In this document: one piece after another, positions 55,976-64,000 of the stretch | Layout: every line of letters begins with the position of its first letter | How positions within the stretch are numbered: position 1 is the first letter of the stretch | Origin: a virus | Virus record (IMG/VR): IMGVR_UViG_3300048033_000725 | Location: 5,037 to 69,036 of that record | Length of the DNA: 64,000 nt | Reading direction: 5' to 3' (one strand) | Program-made: the position numbers and the translations under genes | Notes under the pieces: model-generated | The model's input: the letters and a program-made list of their open reading frames with translations, nothing else | What the model was told of the DNA's origin: nothing | The model's database searches: none

Positions 55976-58900
55976 TAAGTGCTACCTGTTAAAATTCTCA
56001 AATCTTGTGCATAAGGTACTCTTGCTTTACTATCCGTAAACAAACATACTTTTACTGCAAATGTTACAAAGTTACCAAATTCAACACCGTTAGCATTTGT
56101 GTATGATACAGTCCCGCCCGCTGGCTTCCATTCATAGTCAAAGGTATCACCTTCATATTCTGAGAATGTCTGCTTTTGTTGTAGGTCCATACGAACATAT
56201 GGTGTATCATCAAAATCACTGTCATCACCAGCAGAGATAATTTTATAGTAAACTTCAATCTCTGAACCACGTGGGCGATAGCAACGCATTCTGACATTAA
56301 TATTGTCGGATGCAACTCTATCTTCAGGAATTGTTACTTGTTTTGTAACATATCTTGCAAGAGCATTACCATCAACTGCACTTGTTTCGCCTGAAACAAC
56401 AAATATTGGTGCCACTTGTGCGCCCGTTGCCGCAATTGTCAGTGTAGGTGTTTCGTAGTAACCGACACCACCATTCGTTACACGAATACCGATGAAGTCT
56501 CCACTATTATATAGTCCATCAAATTCTGTACCATCTGAGATAACACCTTCTGCCTGGAAGCCACTACCTACGCCAGTCATAATTATGCCGCCATTGTCAG
56601 TAGTCGGAACGTTTGCTGGGTCATAACCAGTACCTACTTTCTGGAGTATAATTTCTTCTGAAGAAATATCACCATCATTAATAAGTTGGTCAATCAACAA
56701 CGCTCTTGCAGGTTCAATATCAATTGCAGGTGATACATCAACATTGGTAGAAGTTAGTGTGTACTTGAAGTAGAATGTTCCTGCCTCAGGTCCTGCACCC
56801 ATTTCTCTATTTGCAAATACGTTCTCATCTGGAATGTATTCTTTCCAATCAGCATCAATCGCCTGTTCTGGTTCAAGTTGCTCATCTTCGGCATTTACCA
56901 AAGTTGTACCTTTATAGTAGAACTTAATATCTGTCGCATCACTTGGGTCAATAGTCTCAACAATTGATTTAAACACTTGCCAAGGATACATATCCTCAGT
57001 TTCGTATTGACCAAGAATTGCTTCACCAACAACAGAAGTATCAAAGTTTGCTTTGTACAGTCTGAACATCAAATCCTGGGTTTGCTCTGCGGTCCATGTT
57101 GAAGCGTTTTGTGACTTAAACAAAGAACCAGCATATGGCTGTTCTGTAATTCTATTAGAAGAACCTAAGATTTCAGCCCCCATTTCAGTGATATATGTCT
57201 CATAATTGTTAGAGTTCGACAAAAGAACAACTGCATATTCACCAGGCTCCAAGTAGACTGGAGATGGGAATGCAACTTCTGTTGGTGCAGAGAGGACACT
57301 TTCAGCATCGAAAGGATTCTCTGGCAGAACAACATCAGCAGGCGGAATATCTACCTTACCGAACGGGACAATCAATGCACTGTCTGGGTAACCATTGTTT
57401 GTTGGGCGAATTTGAACAGATACAGGAATTGCTTCATCTTTAGTTTTAAAGAACAAGTCAATCTTTGTAATGTAAACACCATTTGGGTGTTTCTGTGCAT
57501 CGACCAAGATTGTTTCTGCAACTGGGTCATACCAACCAACAACTCTGCTTGAACGGCGGCGAGAAGTAATTCTACTTGTTGCCGAACGTACAGTTCTTGT
57601 TTGCGTAACAGTCTCACGAATAAGCGCAGGTACACGGGTTGTAATCGTAGTATTCTGCATAATTTTCTTCTGACCTGTTGCACGATAAGTTGCATCAGCC
57701 GAAGTTGTACAATCTCTTGGGTCAGCCTTATTTGGGTCATCAAGAATTCGGAATACACGTTCACCAGTTTTGAAGCGCAATCCATCTTCACCCTCATTAG
57801 GCAACTCAAACACACCAGCAAGGCGACCAGAACCGTCAGTCTTCAACGCATCACCAGGAGCCGCTCTTGTCAAACCAGACAAACGGGCAGTTGGTGGTCT
57901 ACGAGTGATTGTCGCACCATTAGCGTCTTGCACAGAGGATACTGTTCCTACAATTTCCAAAGTCCTAGAGTTGTCAGCAACAATCTGGTCAATCTCTGCT
58001 TGAGAACCTGGGTTTTGTTCAGTAATGATATCATCAACTGTACGCTTAATGTCATATGTCGCTTCAAATTGGAATTTGATTTCATAATAATTTGTCATTG
58101 GTCCAGGACCATAGTTCACACGACCAGTCGGGTTAATCCAAATACGGAGATACTGCTTACCTTTTCTAGTATATACGCCAGCAAGAACATTACGCCCATT
58201 TGGATATGTAGCAGTCCAGTTAGTATCTGTTTGGAAAACAGAACCCGCACGAACACCAGAGAAGCGACCTGCCAAGAAGCGGTTTGTGCTAAAGCGCCAC
58301 CACCAGCGGCGTCTCCACCAACGTCTAAACCAACGTCTGCGTACATTCGGGAATCTAACAACAATGTATTCGCTAGAAGCATTCAGGTCTCCACGAACTT
58401 GAATACCAGTTACCTTGAGTGTTTTCGCACTAATATCATTACCATTTTCATCAGGACCCAAAATGTCTGTAATATTATACGTCTTAATGATACGTCTTCT
58501 ATGTCTACGACCAACGGCAGGAGACCATTTACCTGATACTGTTGCAGACTGAATAACAGTACGTTTAACAATACGAGTTGAGAATGTATCTTCTGAAGTT
58601 AGTCCTTCAACAACGAGTTTACCTGTCGAACCATCGTGACCAGATACGATATTACCACGACCCAAAGTTGTAGATGGGTCATCAACATCGTATACTAAGA
58701 CTTCTTCTTTTTCTAAGAAACGTCTTTCCTGTGGAAGCGCATCATTAGGGAATGTCAACTGAGTACCAACAATGTCAAGTGTATTTGCTGGCTTACAATA
58801 TGCGGCAACAGATGTGTTGTCGAACCAAGGGAAAACTGTAGTGTTTGGCTTCATGCCTGCCACTGTAAAGAATACTTCTTTTGCTCTCATCCATGGGATG

Positions 58901-61900
58901 ATAGTCAAGTCAACAACCTTGTTACCCAAAGAACGTTTAACAGTCTTCATACCCCAACGTGTACGAATACCTGTACGAGTTTGTTTACGAGTTGTTACTG
59001 TTGTTCTTCTTGTAATTACAGACCTTCTGCGAATAACCGCACGACCCCGAACAGACCGTGATGCCGCAGATGTGAAAGATGGGTCACGGAATGTACTATT
59101 TCTTACACTAGTTCTTGTATTTGTAGTACGTCCAGTCCATGTAGTCTGCCAGTTATTCCACTGAACACCACCACCAAATCGTCTGCGATTTCTTGTTCTG
59201 CGATTAAGTCTGCCTAGAATGCCGCGGAAGGCATCGTTCTCGCCTGCAATGTTTACGTTGACAGTCGGACGCTGTTCAGTATCAATCCAGTTATCAGTAT
59301 GTGGAGAAAGTTCCATTGTACCGACAAAGTTTGCAATGTTATATGGGTTAACGTTAATCGCTTTAGAACACAGAGGAATTTCAACAAAAACTTCTGGTGT
59401 GTATGGCAGAGTAATAAGTTCTCCAGTCAAAAGAACATCATTACTGTCATCTTCATCAAATTCCATTGCGACATTTTCTGTCTCAAATGGGGGACGAAGT
59501 TCACCCTCTTCAAAGTCAATCGAACAGTCGTGGTCTGGATTTGAAACATCACCGATTTGGTGACCATTGAACCCGTCAACAAGCATCCCAGTTTTAAGAC
59601 CGACAGTCCCATCTGGGTTTTGAATTGTTAGTGTGTCTGCTTCAGTTTCTAGTGAATTCAAAGCAGTCATATATTCTAGGTCATTCAGTCGAGTTTCGAT
59701 ATCAGCAATATCCCTAGAAGTATAATTCTTCTGTGGAATATATTCATACAGAACATCATCAGGTTCGAATGTATATGCAGGAATATCAAGCAAGAACAAT
59801 GTCAATGCAGTTTCTGGTTCTGGTGGATAGTCTGGACGTAACGAAGATACGCCCTTAACAAGTTTAAATTCTTGGTCGGCAGTCAGAATTAAGCGGTCTC
59901 TGCGGTCAAGGTAGTATGAAAAGTCAACTTCAACTGTGCTTGTTGGTAGAGGAATTAGAGAACCCTCCAAGTCAGTGAATGTAGTAACATTAGACTTTGT
60001 TTCATCTACAATATTACCAGAAATAATAGCATCCTGGCGTCTTCCGCGGAAATCGAGAACGTTTCTTAGTTCATACAATTGACCGTTTGTTGTGGATGAG
60101 AATTGAGGAATTTCATCGTATCCTACATCCGAATATGAGTTTACTGTAAAGATGCCAGATGCACCAGACGTAATATGCTGGAAGTATCTGAATTGAACTA
60201 CTAGTTGCCCGACAGGAGCCGTAGAACCTGTAATAAATTTCAAAGAACCATAGTCATAGTAATTGTCTTTTTGACCATTATTCAATTCGAAACTTGACGC
60301 TAAGTTCTGGAATGCAATATCACCTTCTGCATCAACAAGATTGCCTCCAGCATCAATAGTATAATCTGTTAGCGTAATGCCTGCTTCAGTATCACCAGAA
60401 TCCCAAATACCTGTAATATCAAAAATATCTGAGGTATAAAGGTTAAGAATTGGGTTAGTATCTACACCAGGTACTTCATATGTCAAAGTTTTTGATGCAA
60501 GCGTTTTCGCTTTTTCTGCACCATTATTCAAGTTTAGTGTTGTTAGGATATTGAACGTAGTTCCCGCAGAAGGCGCAACTGCTCCAGTCACAACATCTGT
60601 TGCAGGGAAAGCAACACGCAAAGTGTCTGCGGCGTCATCTGGACGACCCAAGTCAATAGAAAGTTCTACACCAGATGTTGGACCTAAATCGACAACATCG
60701 CCTGGACCATAACTATACCCATTACTATCTGTAAATCCTCCAGAAGCAATTGTCATTGTGTAGAACAATTGTGCTACTGTACCAGAGATAGAACCTGCGC
60801 TTGGGTAGAATAAGTTATTACTGTCTGAAGAAACAATAGGTGCGGAATCTACACCACCACTACCTGCGTTAGGGATAGTAATATTATTATACAATACTTG
60901 ATATGAATAGTCAATATCGTTCTGACCGCCTTCACTTGCAAGAAGACCACCAGATTTAATTGAGCGAATATTTTCGTAAGGAAGTTCAAAAATTAGAGAG
61001 TTGATGCCCGCTTCAAACAGAATTGCTGTATTGTTTTCTTCTTCATTTACTTTACCATCAACAGCAATTCTTGCCGCCACTTCATATTCATAGCCACCAC
61101 TGGCTAATGTAGATACGGCGATTGTTTCGAGGTTGTCGAATGTATCTCTAAGAATTGAGATTTCATATAGATATGTTCTATTTTTAATATCTACTACATT
61201 ACCAGCACCAAAGTCTGTAATGTCTTTTTCTGAGAAGCGAACCATGCGTACTTTTGCAGTACCAATCTTTGCATAGTTTTCATATACCCACTGTGGAATA
61301 CTATTTACAGTAATTGCTTCACCATTATCAGATGATGTTGTAAACAGTTCAGTAGTACCGTCAGCCGCAAAGATGTCTACAGCCCGACTAGACTGCCCAA
61401 TTGCAGAACCATCCCAGTCATCTACTGTAAGAATAGAGTAGTCATCACCAATTCCAGTTGTGCCTGTTAGTCGATACCAAGTCTTATCGCCAGATGTGTC
61501 TGTTGCAATTTCTGCAATCACACCCCAACGATTTCCACCGTTTGCATTAAATCGTAGTAAATTACCAACTTCAACATCAGTTTGTGAAGTAGATGCTGTA
61601 AGTGTAGATGTTGTAACAGTAACCCAAGCGCCGTTGTCATATCCCAACTGATACTGAACATTCAGTAGGTCTACTTGTTCTTGGTTATCAACGTCAAACA
61701 TGTTGAAATGTCTATTTGTGATAACATAGTTACCAAATTCAACACCAATATTATTGCTTTCTGCAACATCATATTCTCTTGCTTTATCTAAGGTTGCAAG
61801 AGTTTGTATTGGAGTTTCGAATGAACGACCCCCAATGTAAGCACGCCCTGGACCAATATCCAGAGTGAGTTTAGTTTCATCGCTTTCTACATGATTGATT

Positions 61901-62901
61901 ACATCAAGAGAGAATGGGTCTACAACAAAGTTACCGTGAAGGTCATATACTGTTCTTGCCATCTCATCGCCAATAGCAGAATAGATTGGGACCTTAACAT
62001 GTCTATCGACACCACCCTGATTGATACGAGCGATTTCAATAAAGTCAATATCAGAAACGCCGCCAATGACTTCAGCACTAGTTGCGTCTGGACCAGGAGT
62101 GTATGTATTTTTACGAATTAAGTCCAAATCCATACGATATCTATGACCGCCTGGGGCTGTATAGTTATACGAACCTTCGGCTGGGTCTAGTAGTGTAGTA
62201 TCGTCATCTTCATCAATAATTGTATGCGTAATCTGCATACCAACACGACATGTTGCTGGATGATTTCCATCAAATTCTGAAGAGATAACTAAAGATTGTG
62301 AGGGGTTATGTACGAACAATTTATTGATGTAGAATATACCATCATCAATAGAAATTGTTGTTGCATTACCTTCACGACCACCACCTGCAACACCAGTTTG
62401 TGCAGATGTGGATACCGCCGCAAGCGCCGTTTGGTTCCCATCGGTCTCCAAGTATATTAACTCGGAGCCGAGGGTACCAGTACCCGATACTAGGGTACAA
62501 AACAACAACGGAGGGGTAGTGTCCGATGAGGCACGATAGTCAATAACATACCATCTAGTTTCTTCAAACGAGGGAATTGGCGTTACTGCATTATCCCTTG
62601 TCTTAATAAACTTGCCTTTCATAGAGGCGAGCGTTTCTTCGGTTACGTCAACACCATCCAACTGCTCCTGCAAAACAATGTATTTTGCGCCATTGTTAAT
62701 AGAAGACTGTGCGCCGTAAACGATACTTCCCTCTCGGTAAATACCGTTACCAAATTCACCCATCTGATTTTGAATGATGGTCTGAAGTTGTGTCAGTTCT
62801 CTTGCCTGAACAGCATAACCTGGACGGAAGAGAATTCTTAGAAAATCCTTCTCTCCGTCATAGTCATCATAGTATGGATTAATATTAAAATTAATTGGCA
62901 T
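55975..62901 (-). CDS. VrlC-like (DUF4815-type) giant virion protein, 2308 aa
   Basis: NPYYDDY, LFRPGYAVQARELTQLQ, APGGHRY, GSLFKSQNASTW. Confidence 0.85.
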   Translation of the reverse strand: MPINFNINPYYDDYDGEKDFLRILFRPGYAVQARELTQLQTIIQNQMGEFGNGIYREGSIVYGAQSSINNGAKYIVLQEQLDGVDVTEETLASMKGKFIKTRDNAVTPIPSFEETRWYVIDYRASSDTTPPLLFCTLVSGTGTLGSELIYLETDGNQTALAAVSTSAQTGVAGGGREGNATTISIDDGIFYINKLFVHNPSQSLVISSEFDGNHPATCRVGMQITHTIIDEDDDTTLLDPAEGSYNYTAPGGHRYRMDLDLIRKNTYTPGPDATSAEVIGGVSDIDFIEIARINQGGVDRHVKVPIYSAIGDEMARTVYDLHGNFVVDPFSLDVINHVESDETKLTLDIGPGRAYIGGRSFETPIQTLATLDKAREYDVAESNNIGVEFGNYVITNRHFNMFDVDNQEQVDLLNVQYQLGYDNGAWVTVTTSTLTASTSQTDVEVGNLLRFNANGGNRWGVIAEIATDTSGDKTWYRLTGTTGIGDDYSILTVDDWDGSAIGQSSRAVDIFAADGTTELFTTSSDNGEAITVNSIPQWVYENYAKIGTAKVRMVRFSEKDITDFGAGNVVDIKNRTYLYEISILRDTFDNLETIAVSTLASGGYEYEVAARIAVDGKVNEEENNTAILFEAGINSLIFELPYENIRSIKSGGLLASEGGQNDIDYSYQVLYNNITIPNAGSGGVDSAPIVSSDSNNLFYPSAGSISGTVAQLFYTMTIASGGFTDSNGYSYGPGDVVDLGPTSGVELSIDLGRPDDAADTLRVAFPATDVVTGAVAPSAGTTFNILTTLNLNNGAEKAKTLASKTLTYEVPGVDTNPILNLYTSDIFDITGIWDSGDTEAGITLTDYTIDAGGNLVDAEGDIAFQNLASSFELNNGQKDNYYDYGSLKFITGSTAPVGQLVVQFRYFQHITSGASGIFTVNSYSDVGYDEIPQFSSTTNGQLYELRNVLDFRGRRQDAIISGNIVDETKSNVTTFTDLEGSLIPLPTSTVEVDFSYYLDRRDRLILTADQEFKLVKGVSSLRPDYPPEPETALTLFLLDIPAYTFEPDDVLYEYIPQKNYTSRDIADIETRLNDLEYMTALNSLETEADTLTIQNPDGTVGLKTGMLVDGFNGHQIGDVSNPDHDCSIDFEEGELRPPFETENVAMEFDEDDSNDVLLTGELITLPYTPEVFVEIPLCSKAINVNPYNIANFVGTMELSPHTDNWIDTEQRPTVNVNIAGENDAFRGILGRLNRRTRNRRRFGGGVQWNNWQTTWTGRTTNTRTSVRNSTFRDPSFTSAASRSVRGRAVIRRRSVITRRTTVTTRKQTRTGIRTRWGMKTVKRSLGNKVVDLTIIPWMRAKEVFFTVAGMKPNTTVFPWFDNTSVAAYCKPANTLDIVGTQLTFPNDALPQERRFLEKEEVLVYDVDDPSTTLGRGNIVSGHDGSTGKLVVEGLTSEDTFSTRIVKRTVIQSATVSGKWSPAVGRRHRRRIIKTYNITDILGPDENGNDISAKTLKVTGIQVRGDLNASSEYIVVRFPNVRRRWFRRWWRRRWWWRFSTNRFLAGRFSGVRAGSVFQTDTNWTATYPNGRNVLAGVYTRKGKQYLRIWINPTGRVNYGPGPMTNYYEIKFQFEATYDIKRTVDDIITEQNPGSQAEIDQIVADNSRTLEIVGTVSSVQDANGATITRRPPTARLSGLTRAAPGDALKTDGSGRLAGVFELPNEGEDGLRFKTGERVFRILDDPNKADPRDCTTSADATYRATGQKKIMQNTTITTRVPALIRETVTQTRTVRSATSRITSRRRSSRVVGWYDPVAETILVDAQKHPNGVYITKIDLFFKTKDEAIPVSVQIRPTNNGYPDSALIVPFGKVDIPPADVVLPENPFDAESVLSAPTEVAFPSPVYLEPGEYAVVLLSNSNNYETYITEMGAEILGSSNRITEQPYAGSLFKSQNASTWTAEQTQDLMFRLYKANFDTSVVGEAILGQYETEDMYPWQVFKSIVETIDPSDATDIKFYYKGTTLVNAEDEQLEPEQAIDADWKEYIPDENVFANREMGAGPEAGTFYFKYTLTSTNVDVSPAIDIEPARALLIDQLINDGDISSEEIILQKVGTGYDPANVPTTDNGGIIMTGVGSGFQAEGVISDGTEFDGLYNSGDFIGIRVTNGGVGYYETPTLTIAATGAQVAPIFVVSGETSAVDGNALARYVTKQVTIPEDRVASDNINVRMRCYRPRGSEIEVYYKIISAGDDSDFDDTPYVRMDLQQKQTFSEYEGDTFDYEWKPAGGTVSYTNANGVEFGNFVTFAVKVCLFTDSKARVPYAQDLRILTGST

Positions 62902-62974
62902 AATCGTTTTCTCGCTATCCTAAATTCATCGGTTATAATTAAGTCTTATTTCACAACTATTTATTACCGTGAAA

Positions 62975-64000
62975 TTAGAATTCAACGATAAGTTTGATAT
63001 CTTCAATTTGGTCAGCGGCACGAGTAATCGGGCGTCTGTACTCAACATAAAGAATATCACCTGTATAGCGATTAAGGTCACCACCATCTACACCACCAGT
63101 ATCAATAGCGGCAGTTGCGGCAGAACCTCCACCAGTAATAGTTTCACCTTCTGCAAATGTACCTACAACGTTAATCAAAGACAAGATTGCGTTTGCAGTA
63201 TCATATGCAAGGACTTTACCAGTTGCACCAGATGTACCGCCAGTAATAACTTCATCTTCAACGAATGAACCAGAAACACCAGTCATTGTCAAGTTCCAGT
63301 CTTGAGCGTAAGTGCTGTTGCCTGCAACTGCATTGTCTGAGGTTTGAGTTGGGTCACGAAGAATACCGATTTTACGATAGTCGTTGTTTGTTGGGAAGTT
63401 ACCACCTTCACCATACTCAAGGCGAGAGTTAAGCATTACATAGAAGCCACCAAGTTCGTGGATTGGGTCAAATGCATGTCCACCTTTTGGTGCAATAATT
63501 GCACGGGCAGTTGCGCCTGAACCAGTACCATCAGTGATAGCAATGTTAGCAAACGAATAGTCTTGTCCGCGGTTCTGAACAGTGATTTTGGTGATAACAC
63601 CATTGTCAACAGTTGCAGTTGCAGTTGCGCTTGCACCGTCACCAGTGATAGTGATAGTTGGAGTTGCTGAGTAGTTTGTACCACCAGCAGTTACTAGAAT
63701 AACGTCTAGTGCGCCATCTGTAGCAGACTGAGATGTTGCCGTATCCGCACGAACAGGTACCCACTCAGGAGTAACAAATTTCAGCGTTTCAGCGGCTGTG
63801 ATTGTATACATGTATTGCCACTTGTATTCATCAGCAGTAGAGAATGGGTCTGCGGCTGTACCAGTAGGTTCAACTGTAGAAGCACCACCACCGTTGTTGA
63901 AAAGACACTTATAAACATCAAATGAAGCGTTTACAACGTAAAACTCATTTGAGAAAAGTGTGGAATCTTCATGGTCATACTGAGAATATACAGTACCAGA
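62975..64000 (-). CDS. 8: Baseplate wedge subunit (gp8), 5' part outside the window
   Basis: Frame open to 64000; VYKCLFN, YKWQYMYTI, C-terminal RRPITRAADQIEDIKLIVEF. Confidence 0.85.
   Translation of the reverse strand, partial: SGTVYSQYDHEDSTLFSNEFYVVNASFDVYKCLFNNGGGASTVEPTGTAADPFSTADEYKWQYMYTITAAETLKFVTPEWVPVRADTATSQSATDGALDVILVTAGGTNYSATPTITITGDGASATATATVDNGVITKITVQNRGQDYSFANIAITDGTGSGATARAIIAPKGGHAFDPIHELGGFYVMLNSRLEYGEGGNFPTNNDYRKIGILRDPTQTSDNAVAGNSTYAQDWNLTMTGVSGSFVEDEVITGGTSGATGKVLAYDTANAILSLINVVGTFAEGETITGGGSAATAAIDTGGVDGGDLNRYTGDILYVEYRRPITRAADQIEDIKLIVEF

Noticed and set aside
57601-58536. 311-aa plus-strand ORF, and the many other plus-strand ORFs in the track
   Set aside because: They lie antisense to well-supported minus-strand genes, with no RBS or promoter and shadow-frame composition.
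1-64000. tRNA genes, CRISPR arrays, stop-codon recoding, DGR or reverse transcriptase
   Set aside because: No cloverleaf/TTCGA arm in intergenic gaps, no spaced repeats, core genes are full length in the standard code and use all three stops, and no RT motif was seen.

Overview
This window is 64 kb of a T4-like myovirus genome, probably an aquatic or marine phage of a heterotrophic proteobacterium (host is inference). Essentially all genes lie on the minus strand. In transcription order (right to left) it contains: gp8 baseplate (truncated), a VrlC-like giant virion protein and a 2019-aa virion protein; gp13-gp23, gp3, uvsY, uvsW, gp55 and gp47/46; dCMP deaminase and a three-gene DNA-modification cluster; a CobT/CobS-like pair; gp45/44/62, regA, dUTPase, Hsp20, a GH19 endolysin, ferredoxin, gp43, uvsX and gp41; small early genes; and a late operon of probable head-packaged enzymes. 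T4 late promoters (TATAAATA) and sigma70-type promoters are visible. Most notable: (1) a CmoA-like carboxy-SAM synthase + C5 cytosine MTase with Arg in place of the motif-X Asn + glutaminase-less asparagine-synthetase-like ligase, predicting 5-carboxymethylcytosine hypermodification; (2) a late operon of nuclease-like, ligase-like and nucleotidyltransferase proteins with T4 capsid-targeting-like N-termini, including a 1076-aa candidate polyprotein punctuated by prohead-protease-like sites; (3) a ~220-nt late-promoter-driven structured ncRNA candidate; (4) an Arg/Trp-rich insertion in a virion protein; (5) apparent avoidance of GATC, AGCT and GGCC. All family calls come from motif recognition by eye; no searches were run.
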